The notes below the pieces were generated by a model. It did not search any database and had not been told where the DNA came from. It was given only the letters and a program-made list of their open reading frames with translations. DNA of 64,000 bases from Octopus sinensis (lineage: Eukaryota). Both the position numbers and the translations under genes were made by a program. Every line of letters starts with the position of its first letter. Position 1 is the stretch's first letter. Location: positions 18,724,001 through 18,788,000 of the forward strand of contig NC_043018.1 in NCBI RefSeq assembly GCF_006345805.1. Direction: 5' to 3'. Below, piece by piece: positions 12,059 to 24,153 of the stretch.

Positions 12059-12263
12059 GTAAGCTGGCAGAAACATTAGCACCCCGGCAAAATGCTTAGC
12101 AGTATTTCATCTGTCTTTATGTCTTGAGTTCAAATGCCACTGAGGTCGATTTTGCCTTTCATTCTCTCAGGGTCAATGAAATAAAAACCAGTTGAGCACC
12201 GGAGTCAATGTAATGGACTTACCCTTCTCCCAAAATTCCCTGCCTTGTGCCTAGAGCAGAAAC
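11546..12263 (+). mobile_element. Three tandem SINE family B copies (tRNA head, Nin/Deu-like central domain, (ATT)n tail): about 11546-11758, 11794-12007 and 12058-12263
   Basis: Each has gagct(a/g)gca..., B box gagttcaaat(c/g)cc, gaggtcgactttgc.tttcat.ctttc.gggtcga..aa.taagtaccag (resembles the Nin domain as I recall it) and ends ...tagaaa(a/g)gattatt. Copies are separated only by (ATT)n. Confidence 0.85.
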
Positions 12264-12314
<51 letters not shown>

Positions 12315-12543
12315 TGAGTGAGAGAGCAATGCATGCCATCAAAGTGAAACAGGGGTACAATATATGAAGCACAGTATACCCATCATGACTACCTGTCTGA
12401 TAAGGGTACACTAGGCACATGCATCACAACCATATGTGCACGACATGGTGATCTCATATCAAGATTAACAGCACATGATCTTGCAGGTGGGGCCCAGTTA
12501 GAATTTTCTTCTGGTCGAGTAACCCATCCCACTCAAAAGGTCC
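12315..12543 (-). mobile_element. ~230-bp non-LTR-like 3' fragment bounded by (ATT)n on both sides
   Basis: Complex sequence between two trinucleotide arrays; on the minus strand it ends ...ctctctcactcag-taataataat. Family not identified. Confidence 0.45.
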
Positions 12544-12586
<43 letters not shown>

Positions 12587-12780
12587 ATTATTATTATTAT
12601 TATTATTATTATCATCATCATTATTATTATCATCATCATTATTATTATCATCATCATTATTATTATCATCATCATTATTATTATCATCATCATTATTATC
12701 ATCATCATTATTATTATTATTATTATTATTAATCATCATCATCATTATTATTATTATTATTATCATTATTATTATTATTA

Positions 12781-12811
<31 letters not shown>

Positions 12812-12812
12812 A
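12544..12812. repeat. (ATT)n/(ATC)n compound array
   Basis: Directly visible; includes an 18-bp sub-period (attattattatcatcatc). Confidence 0.95.
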
Positions 12813-12849
12813 GTAGAAAGCACAGGTGCTGCTGCTGACAGGTAAAAAG

Positions 12850-13060
12850 CAGTGGTGCTGGTACCACCTAAAAAAGTACCCAGTTCATTCTGTAAAGCAG
12901 CTAACATTAAGAAGGACATGCAACCATAGAAACCATTACTAGAACAGACAATGGAATCTGGTGTGATGGCTCCTAGCCTTGCCAGCTCCTGTCAAGCCAT
13001 CCGACTTATACCAGCATGGAAAAGAGACTTTAAATGATGATGATGATGATGATGATGATG
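12850..13060 (+). mobile_element. Old, diverged family C copy
   Basis: taaaaagtaccc...attaagaaggacatgcaaccatagaaacc...ccagcatggaaaagagactttaaa(tga)n parallels family C. Confidence 0.6.
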
Positions 13061-13345
13061 ATAAATAAGGTATTACATTATGCTTATAAGCAACATGTAG
13101 TTAAATATGCACATGTATTTTTCGCACTTGCTTTGTGCTCTCCCTTTCTACAAACACACACACACACACACACACACCACACATTTTTCAGGAAGGAAAG
13201 CCTCGGCATGTGTGTACACGCATGTACAATTACAAACAATGGCACAGTAACTCTAGAGCTGCTGTTCTCTATCTGATGAGGATAGTTAGAATGGTGGTGG
13301 CAAGCATAATTATGGTAGCAGTGACGGGAAATCATTCTGAACAAC

Positions 13346-14116
13346 ACTACCACTGCAACCACCATCACCATCACCATCACCATCACCATCATCATCATCA
13401 TCATCACCACTACCACCATCATCATCATCACCACCATCATCACCACCACCATCATCATCATCATCATCATCACTACTACCATCATCATCACCACTACTAC
13501 CATCACCACTACCACCACCACCATCACCATCACCACCATCATCATCATCATCACCACTACCACCATCACCATCACCACCATCATCATCATCATCATCACC
13601 ACTACCACCACCACCATCACCATCACCACCATCATCATCATCATCATCATCACCACCACCATCACCACCACCATCATCATCATCATCATCACCACTACCA
13701 CCATCACCATCACCACCACCACCATCATCACCACTACCACCATCACCATCACCACCATCATCATCATCATCATCATCATCATCACCACCATCATCACCAC
13801 CACCATCATCATCATCATCATCATCACTACTACCATCATCATCACCACTACTACCATCACCACTACCACCACCACCATCACCATCACCACCATCATCATC
13901 ATCATCATCACCACTACCACCATCACCATCACCACCATCATCATCATCATCATCACCACTACCACCATCACCATCACCACCATCATCATCATCATCATCA
14001 TCACCACCATCATCACCACCACCATCATCATCATCATCATCATCACTACTACCATCATCATCACCACTACCACCATCACCATCACCACCATCATCATCAT
14101 CATCATCATCACCACC

Positions 14117-14150
<34 letters not shown>

Positions 14151-14240
14151 TCACCACCACCACCACCATCACCATCACCATCATCATCATCATCATCACC
14201 ATCACAAACCACCACAACCATCTTTACCACTCCACCATGC
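13346..14240. repeat. ~0.9 kb (CAC/CAT/TAC)n array with higher-order repeat structure
   Basis: The marker cactactaccatcatcatcaccactac recurs at 13471, 13825 and 14044. Confidence 0.95.
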
Positions 14241-14373
14241 ACCACCATCATACATCACAGTCATAAAAAGACTCATCAAAAATAATATATATACATATAT
14301 ATACACATATATTAATATATATAGAGAGAGAGAGAGGGAGAGAGAAAGAGAGAAAGAGAGATGCATATATATA

Positions 14374-14409
<36 letters not shown>

Positions 14410-14610
14410 TATACATGTATAATATATAGAGATATATACATATATATACATACATATATACATACTTATATATATATAATATAATACTTATTATATACAT
14501 ATATACATACATACATATATATATATATACATACATATATATACACCTTATATATACACACCTATATATATATATATATATATATACAATCTATATATAC
14601 ATCTATATTC

Positions 14611-14674
<64 letters not shown>

Positions 14675-15150
14675 CACACCTATATATATATATATATATA
14701 ATTTTTTGCAATGTGAGAGCAGAGTCTTAGTATTGAAATAATTGTAAGATGGGAGGTGGGGGGGGCAGACTAAACCAGGAATAAAATCTCTGCTGAGGGG
14801 TGGAAGAGCAAGTGGAGGGAGGGGAATGATATAATAGAATATATATCTATGCTGTTAACTCTCCGGAGAGTAATTCTCAATAATAGCTCTCTTAATGATC
14901 ACCTGATAGAAGCCATTCTGCAGATCTTTCCAGTCTCTCAGCTTCCTATGCTTTCTGTATTATCTGTCGAGAAATCGGTACATTTGTCTGTCTGTCTGTC
15001 TGTCTGGCTGGCTGTGTGTCCTCATCTAAAAAGACCACTCGTGTCAGTCAGTTAGTAAAAAAACTGAACAATTTTGGTTCCATGATAGGAATAACTTTCA
15101 GCTTTTATCAGAAAATGTCACAGTTCAAATGAAGACACAGAGCATCTCCA

Positions 15151-15301
15151 CTTGACCTCGCTAGTTTCCTATTCATGGAGCAAATAATATTTTACTCAGA
15201 GGCAGCGATGTCTTTACATCTGTTTCGCAAATAACATGAACCTCATCTCTGACATGAAGGTCACAGCTACAACCTTCTCTGACCATTATATGGTAGAATA
15301 A
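15151..15301 (+). pseudogene. Decayed APE endonuclease fragment of a CR1/L2-like LINE
   Basis: Allowing small indels it reads LDLASFLFMEQII..TRGSDVL(D)ICFANNMNLISDMKVTATTFSDHYMVE. This matches the Q.i..PTR..niLDl.F.N ... SDH C-terminal pattern of LINE APE domains. Confidence 0.55.
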
Positions 15302-15581
15302 CGGTGAAAAGCTAATTCACGTCGGAAATGACTAGAACCAGCTGAGTCATTGTTATCGAACAGACAGAAAGTTCATTTCATTCCTCCTCTCGTGGAGGCC
15401 AGCAGGAAGAGTCTTCTTGAGAAAATTCGTTTTCCCAGACATCGTTGCATGTGTCGCAGAGATTTGCAGTCAATGAACTTCGAGTTGCAACGAACAATCA
15501 AGAGTCACCTGTTCTAACCACCAGGCCATGTGCCTCCACATGTCTATACTAGAAAGGATTATTATTATTATTATTATTATT

Positions 15582-15731
15582 ACTTTATTTTTTCTTCTTT
15601 CAAATTTGCTTCCATTTCTTGCTGAGTGTCTTCCCGACTCCTAGGGCAAAGAAACTCATAGTATACATTGGTAGACCATTAAACTAAACTCAATAGTTCG
15701 TTCATTTTTTTTTAAAGTTAAATTAAAATAC
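15582..15731 (-). mobile_element. Second copy of the R4/Dong-like 3' UTR end
   Basis: Near-identical to about 16017-16172 (ttcttctttcaaatttgctt...cctagggcaaagaaactcatagtatacattgg...aagttaaattaaaataca); ends in (TAA)n on the minus strand. Confidence 0.75.
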
Positions 15732-16016
15732 ATTATTATTATTATTATTATCATTATTATTATCATCATTATTATTATTATTATTATTATCATTATTATT
15801 ATTATTATCATTATTATTATTATCATCATTATTATTATTATCATTATTATTATTATTATCATTATTATTATTATTATCATTATTATTATTATCATTATTA
15901 TTATCATCATTATTATTATCATTATTATTATCATCATCATTATTATTATTATTATCATTATGATCATTATTATTATTATTATTGTCATCATTATTATTAT
16001 CATTATTATTATTACT

Positions 16017-16392
16017 TTTTCTTTCTTCTTTCAAATTTGCTTTCATTTCTTGCCGAGTGTCTTCCCGACTCCTAGGGCAAAGAAACTCATAGTATACATT
16101 GGTAAGCCATTAAACCAAACTCAATAGTTCGTTCATTTTTTTAATTTTTTTGTTAAGTTAAATTAAAATACATGAGCAGCAACAGTTCTCACATCGACAA
16201 TGCTCTTCTCAATACGTGTGATGTACCAGTTAAGACAATCTTTTGCACTTTTTGCAGGGATGGTAAGCCAGGGATCATTCTCATATAATTTTCGGTTCCC
16301 TTCTTGATCATTCCTAGTGCTCCTACGATCACTGGTATTGTAACCGCCTTGAGATGCCACATTTTCTCAATTTCAATGAGTAGGTCTTTATA
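16017..16392 (-). mobile_element. 3' end of an R4/Dong-like non-LTR retrotransposon (restriction-like endonuclease C-terminus + 3' UTR)
   Basis: 16392->16189 translates without interruption to YKDLLIEIEKMWHLKAVTIPVIVGALGMIKKGTENYMRMIPGLPSLQKVQKIVLTGTSHVLRRALSM*. This is the KY.DL..E...W...PviVGaLG...Q..vl.gT..vlRr.L ending typical of R4/Dong RLE ORFs. Flanked by (TAA)n arrays. Confidence 0.8.
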
Positions 16393-16425
16393 TTATCATT
16401 ATTATTATTATTATCATTATTATTA

Positions 16426-16457
<32 letters not shown>

Positions 16458-16459
<2 letters not shown>

Positions 16460-17481
16460 GCCTATGAGCTGACAGAACTTTATTTTCTGAGTTCAAATCC
16501 TGGCAAGATTCATTTTCCCTTTCATCTTCTCCAGGAGTCAATAAATTATAGTACCAGTCAGATACTTGGGGCTAATATAATCGATTTCCCCCTCCTCTTC
16601 AGAACTGCTGCCCTTGTGCCAAAATCGGAAAGGCTCATTATTATTGTTATTGTTGTTGTTATTACCGTCGTTGTTGTTTCTCCAAGTACTATTGGCAGAA
16701 CCGTTTCTCCTAAATTTTGGCAAACTTACAGCCGACATTATTACTCTTCCGACTACATTCAGACTTGTGATCTCGTTTCCTTAATGTGTTTGATACGAAT
16801 TTTAATTGCTGCCCACCACCCCTAATATATCCTCTCCACATTCAAGTTATTTCTCATTTCAATCCCTATCTTAGCTATTTGTCTAATGTACAAGAAGAGA
16901 TCATTCAGACCAATTCCAGTGCTTCTGGTATTACATCCGTCTTTTAATGTTCTCATAACTGCAATTTTATGCATGGCATCCTGATATGTTTCAACTTCTT
17001 CCTCTTCTATGATCCCAATTTCACGATACCCTGTTATTTCAATATCGATCTTCTTGTACAATCTTCCATTCCTCAAAACTTTCCTCTTCTCTTGTGTGTG
17101 TTTAAAACTTTTTCTGTTTATGCTTCACTTTATCCTATATATTATTACTATTATTATTATTATTACTATTATTATTATTATTACTATTATTATCATTATT
17201 ATTATTATTATTATTGTCATTATTATTATTATTATTATTATTATTCCATTCCTCCAAACTTTCTTCTTCCCCAGTGTGTTTAGAAGTTTTTGTATTAATG
17301 CTTCTATTTATATTGTATGCAGAAATCATCATCACCATCATCATCATCAACATCATCATCATCATCATCATTCCGTTCCTCAAAAGTTTTGTACTCACTA
17401 GTGTATTTAAAAAAGTTTTTTTTTGGGGGGGTTTTGTATTTATTCTTGCCTTTATGTTTTGTAAAGAAAATATTATTCTCA

Positions 17482-17525
<44 letters not shown>

Positions 17526-17665
17526 TATGCTCTGAGTTCAAATTCTGCAAAGGTCGACTTTGCCTTTCATCTTTCCAGGGTCAGCAACACTGATCAATGT
17601 AATTGACTTATCCCTTTCCCCTGAAATTGCTGGCCTTGTGCCAAAATTTGAAACCATTATTATTA

Positions 17666-17711
<46 letters not shown>

Positions 17712-17962
17712 CCTTATTATCATCATCATTATTATTATTACTATTTGGGCGAAATGCTTAGAGGTATTTCGTCTGCCGTTACATTCTGAGTTCAAATTCC
17801 ACTGAGGTCGACTTTGCCTTTCATCCTTTCGGGGTCGATTAAATAAGTACCAGTTACGCACTGGAGTCGATGTAATCGACTTAATCCCTTTGTTTGTCCT
17901 TGTTTGTCTCCTTTATGTTTATCCCACTGTGGGCAATAAAGAAATAAATTATCCTTATTATA

Positions 17963-17994
<32 letters not shown>

Positions 17995-18085
17995 CATCAT
18001 CTTTATCTTTTGAGTTCAAATCCGACAGCAGTCAACTTTGATTTTCAACCTTTCAAGGTCAATAAATTTAAGTACCAGCCAGGTA
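16458..18085 (+). mobile_element. Cluster of four full or partial family B SINEs (about 16458-16633, 17530-17655, 17747-17948, 18010-18085) interleaved with (ATT)n
   Basis: The gagttcaaat B box and ggtcgactttgcctttcatc central domain occur in each copy, all on the + strand. Confidence 0.8.
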
Positions 18086-18162
18086 GTGGAATCAACATAG
18101 CTAACAAAAGACTTCTACAAAATTTGTGGCTTTGTATCAATGTTAGACATTATTAGAATCGG

Positions 18163-18396
18163 TAGAATATCTTGGGTATTCTTGGATATTCTGTCATTTG
18201 GAACAGATACATCCAGGATGAGTGTAGCCAAGTTGTTGCCATGTCTCATATTTGGAATAAATTCGTAGCATTTCTTATCCATTTCCACGTCAAAGTGCCA
18301 ACGTACGGACACTTGGTACATGGATATGGCTATCACCTTGATGATGTCTGTGACTGCACATGGAATTAGCAAGAACTGAGCACAGCTGGAAACGAT
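18163..18396 (-). pseudogene. Decayed R4/Dong-like zinc-knuckle/RLE fragment
   Basis: Minus strand with frameshifts: IVSSC..(L)A...HRH..V...IH...WHFDVEMDKKCYEFIPNMRHGNNLATLILDVSVPNDRISKNTQDIL. This parallels HivsgC..La..Y..RH...kwYeH.P...N..tilWD...TDr.i.aNrPDiv. Confidence 0.65.
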
Positions 18397-19659
18397 CAGA
18401 TCACGTGTGTGTGTATGTGTGTGTGTATGTATGTGTTTGTCCTACACCACTGCTTGACAACTGATGTTGCTGTATTTACATCCAAATAACCTAGCAGTTC
18501 AGCAAAAGAGACCAATAGAATAAGTACGAGGCTTGATTCCTTCAACTAAAGCTTCTTCCATGCACTGCTCCAGCATGGCCGTAGTCTAATGAGTGAAACA
18601 AGTGAAAGACAAAAAGCTAAAATGATGTTGCTACGTTCACTTCAATTATTTCAGCAAGAAAAAAAAACTCAAAAATAAATAATTCCCAATTAGCAATAAA
18701 TAATTAGCCCTACATTTATCATTTCCTGGTTTCAACCAAATGCTGGGGGTCATGCTGGAGCACCACCTTTATAACTACAAATATCTAATCAATAAAGTCA
18801 AGCTGCAGCATGGCCACAGTTCAATAACTGAAACCCCTAAAACAAAAACAGGAATGCTAAACACTTGTATAGACAATTCTCTCCCGTTTTTTTTTTTTTG
18901 GTCTCTTTTTTACTTATTTACATTGTTGTTGTTTAGTTTAGTGTTTTGTTTTTGCCTTTTTGTTTGTTTTTTTTTTAGATATATTTGTTGGGGCGGAGGG
19001 GGGGGGTGAGGTGGCTGTTGCATGGCTTTTTATTCGTTTGTGTTCTGAAGCAATTGGGCTTTTACAGTTGGATTGCCTTCGTGTTGTTGAACCAATCAAC
19101 CATAAAATAGAGCAGTTGTACCTAGGTTTCTGTGTGTGTGTGTATGTGTGTGCATGTGTGTGAATCAGACAATCAGGAGTAACCATAATTACGTGCCTCG
19201 CTCAAGGTGGGGGGCCCAACACAGAGATCAGAAGCCAGCGCTGTAGGTTATCATTAAAACCAATGCGCATTGCTATGGAGATGCTAATAATACTTATATG
19301 TATACATACATACATATATATATACCCATACACATATACATACATACATACACACAGGCATATATGTATACATATACATACACGCATATGTAAACATGCA
19401 CACATTTACATATAAGTACACACATTTACATATAAGTACACACATACATACATACACTCACACACATACATGCATACACTCACACACATATATATGAATG
19501 TACACATATATACGTACAAACACACACACATATATATATGAATGTACACATAAATACATACACAAACACACACACACACATGCATACACACACACACACC
19601 TACATATATGAATGTACAAATACATATATTAATATATTCATATACTGATATATTTGCCA

Positions 19660-19843
19660 CTGACACGTAAAGAGCACCCACTACACTCTCAGAGTGGTTG
19701 GCATTAGGAAGGGCATTCAGCTGTAGAAACCTTACCAGATCAGACTAGAGCTTGGTGCAGCTTCCTGGCAAGCCAGTCTTCAGTGAAACTATCTAGCCCA
19801 TGCCAGCATCGAAAGCAGACATTAAACAATGATGAAGATGATG

Positions 19844-19845
<2 letters not shown>
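19660..19845 (+). mobile_element. SINE-like family C copy
   Basis: cacgtaaagagcacccactacactctcagagtggttggcattaggaagggcattcagctgtagaaacc...cagacattaaacaatgatga. Confidence 0.85.
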
Positions 19846-19876
<31 letters not shown>

Positions 19877-19987
19877 ATATGTATAAAATGAATAAAAGAA
19901 TGGAGTCTTCTGACGTGAATTTGCTACCCGGGTATCGGTTAACCGAATTATCAATACTAGGATAATTCATTCACCTACTTAAATATT

Positions 19988-20039
<52 letters not shown>

Positions 20040-21807
20040 TGTATTGGCATAAAGGTGACAGACTGAACAGCACACTTCCTAATGTGTATTCATATAAGTA
20101 TGTGTGTGTGTGTGAGTAAAGGTCTCCATAAAACACACTTAAATATATGTAATATATTGGAACATCAGTAGCTGTTAATGAGAAGAATACAATATTTTTC
20201 TATTAGTTAATTAACTTTGACATAACAGAGGGAAAAATAATACTTTAACTTATTCTACTCCACCTACCAAATTATGGGAAATAATAAATTCTTTTAAAAT
20301 AAGACAAAAGTATTTGAAAAATAAATTAAAATTTAAATAAATGAGTTAATTTTATACGTTTCTCTCAGAGGTTTTTTAGGAAGAATTTTACTTTAACCGT
20401 TTTTTTTTTATGCTTTTATTTAGTTGTTTTGTTTCTGCTGTTTAGCTGCAATAAACTCGTTCATATTTCACACATGTAAGATGATGCATGGCCATAAAAC
20501 GTGTTAACAGCGATGTCGCTAATGAATGACATAACAACGGAACAACCATAGAAACAATTTAAACAAGTCATCACCGAAAATTATGTTTGCTGTTCAGTTG
20601 TGTTAATTATTTTGACATTTGTCGTTAGAATAATTTATTGGCACTATCAAAATCATGACCATTTCCAGGCAGTGCTCCAAAATCGCAGATTGGTAAAGAT
20701 GGTAGGACAGCATTTTAAAACTTTGATGTGATTTTATTTCATCTCTCAATGTTTTATGCTCAAATCTCATCAATATGGCGCTCCGTGTTCTATTTCGGAA
20801 ATCCCTCCCTGATTAATTCTGTCTTTTATATCTCTGAAGATCAATAAAAATATCTACAGGAAACAAATTGGCTTCTTTCAAATGCACTAAAATTCTGACA
20901 AAGGACAGAAATATTTTTGGGGGTTTTTTTTTTGTGGGATATCTTTATCTTTTTTTCTTTTCTGGGAAGAAATTCAATATCATTTGTTAAAGGCAGCACC
21001 GTGAAACAGCAAAGAATTTCATGCCTTTACTGTTTGGTATTTTATCTTTCCCGATTCTTATTGACTTTTACAAATTCCACTCGTTAAACTTTAACCATGC
21101 TGAAGCATCACTCTGCAGAATTTAGTCAATCAAACGAACCCAAAATCTTATTCCTGCTTTCTCAGTCTGATACCGATTTTATTGCTTTCTATATTTTCTG
21201 GAAACTGCTAAGTCACAGGATGTAAACAAACTAACACGGGGTTATCAAATGGTGCCCAATGAATCACCTGGGTCTCCTTTTAACACATTACTGGGTTTGT
21301 GCTGATATGAGAAATTAATATTCCTCAAAGAAGAAATATTTACCATTTAAGTTGAAATTCAGCGAGGTTTGGTTGTGATGAAGTGGAATCATAAAAAGGG
21401 TGGGGACAATCAGGCTTACATTAAACAAACATGCATGAACATCACAACCTCTTATATGTTGGTGCCACAATAAACTGTACAGTGCTGGAGAGGGTTTTAC
21501 AGTTATAGAAGCTATTCCGAAGTAAGTTATAGGTAAATGGTTAGGCGGCAGACCATTCACATGAAGGTAGGAAGTTTGGATAAGAACCAACTAAAGTGTC
21601 TTGAAGTGTTCAACTGATGCCAACATGGTAAGTGGATGCGAAATGATAACAATTATGGTGATGAAGATGATATGATGCATGTACAGATACGTGCACACAC
21701 ACACACACACGTGTGTGTGTGTGAGTATTTATTTAGATACACACATATGTACATATATCTGCTTACATATATAAGCTTTTGTATACATGTGTGCTTGAAT
21801 TTATGCA

Positions 21808-21855
<48 letters not shown>

Positions 21856-22317
21856 CGTACACACCATCATCATCATCATCATCATTTAACATCTAATCCC
21901 TGCTGTACTCTTTCGCCACAACTTTCTCTCACTCTTTCTTCTGTTGGCCTGCTCACTTAGCCAGCGAGGTGGTGTCATTTGAAGGCTAAAACAATGCAAA
22001 GCGCATTGTGACCAGCGATGTGTAACAACATCTGATCACAATGATCACGGTGATATATATACACAATGGGTTTCTTTCAGTTTCCTTTTACCAAATCCAC
22101 TCACAAGGCTTTGGCTGGCTCAAGGCTATAGTAGAAGGCACTTGCCCAAGGTGCCACACAGTGGGACTGAACACAGAACCATGTGGTTAGGAAGCAAGCT
22201 TCTTACCATATGACCACTATTGCACCTGTGCCCCAGCATGGCCACAGCCCGTGAGCTGAAACTAGATAAAATAAAATAAAATAAAAAATATATATATATA
22301 TATATCATCATCATTAT

Positions 22318-22734
22318 CATCATCGTTTAACGTCCGTTCTCCATGCTAGCATGGGTTGGACGGTTCGACCGGGGATCTGGGAAGCCAGAAGGCTGCACCA
22401 GGCTCCGGTCTTATCTGGCAATGTTTCTACAGCTGGATGCCCTTCCTAACGCCAACCACTCCGTGAGTGTAGTGGGTGCTTTTTATGTGCCACCTGCACT
22501 GGAGCCAGGCGAGGTTGGCATCGGCCATGGTCGGATTGGTGCATTTTATGTGCCACCTGCACATATATATATATATATATATATACTCTTGGAGTGGTTG
22601 GCGTTAGGAAGGGCATTCAGCTGTAGAAACTCTGCCAGATCAAGATTGGAGCCTGGTGCAGCGATCTGGTTCACCAGCCCTCAGTCAAAATCGTCCAACC
22701 CATGCTAGCATGGAAAGCGGACGTTAAACGATAT

Positions 22735-22769
<35 letters not shown>

Positions 22770-22770
22770 G
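22318..22770. mobile_element. Two family C copies in inverted orientation (about 22318-22560 minus, 22587-22770 plus)
   Basis: The left arm is the reverse complement of the right arm over about 140 bp; they are separated by the family C 5' units and a short (TA)n. Confidence 0.9.
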
Positions 22771-23236
22771 TGATATATGGCCCTGTATACACACACACGG
22801 ACACACAGACACACACACATATGCACATTGTTTTTGATAGATTGAGCATTCAAAACCACCACACAATTGCTCACCAGATCCTTAAAAGACATGGAGGAGA
22901 GAGATGAAAGTCTATTCATTTAGATTAGGATGGATATATATATATATATATACATATATAGATATCATTAGATTTAAAAGCAAGCCTAATATATTTCTCC
23001 ATCAAAGCAAAAATAATATAAAAAGGAAAACAATGAAAGAAAGTAGAGGTTATTGTTGTTGTCTTTTTTTTTTTCCTTCTATTTCACCTACGTTTTTATT
23101 TCTATGCAAATATATTGTTCGGCAAGTTGATGTGAATACAATTGCTTGCTGAAGAATGCCAATTTTCTCAGCTACAGACCATAAAATTAGACCATACCTC
23201 AACAGGGCTTGGTTTCTTTCTTTATTTCTATTATGC

Positions 23237-23322
<86 letters not shown>

Positions 23323-23755
23323 TAATGCGGAGGGAGAGAGGGAGAATGATAATGATGTCTTTATTTGCCCAAAGAATAACAACGAATAATGATGATAGCG
23401 AAAATAATAATAACAACATTGATGATTTTGATATGGAGGATGAGGAGAAGGAGAGATCCCCAGCCCAGCACAGGTTTAGCGAAAAGAGTAGAGAAAGCAG
23501 GTGGATTGGTTGAATAAACCTACCTAGTAACTTAGTATATTACTGGTATCTATTTCTATCTGTCCCAGAAGGATGACAAAACACAGAACTACCAAGATTT
23601 CAATTCAGATCATAAAAAAAATCAACTTTTACACACACACACACAAATATATATATATATATATTTACATACATATGTATACACACATATGTACATATAT
23701 ACATAAATATATGCACACATAAATATATATATATATAAGCATATATAGCTGTGCT

Positions 23756-23821
<66 letters not shown>

Positions 23822-23837
23822 GTGTGGTGTTTGTGTG

Positions 23838-23874
<37 letters not shown>

Positions 23875-24109
23875 CTTTTTCTTATATCTTTTAACTTTTA
23901 TTTCTTTCAGTCATTAGTCTGTGGCCATGCTGGGGCACCACATTGAAGAATTGTAGTCTTCTGAATCAATCCCAGCACTTATTTTCTTTTATCAAAGCCC
24001 AGTGCTTATTCTATTGGTCTCTTTTGCCTAATCGCTAAGTTATGGGGACATAAACACAAAAATACTGGTTTTCAAGAAGTGGTGGGGGACAAACAAAACA
24101 CAGACAAAC

Positions 24110-24139
<30 letters not shown>

Positions 24140-24153
<14 letters not shown>

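Noticed and set aside
13084-14484. Long poly-His, poly-Met/Val and poly-Asp/Gly ORFs (449, 377 and 313 aa)
   Set aside because: They are stop-free readings of a trinucleotide array, open in several frames and on both strands, with no flanking coding signal.
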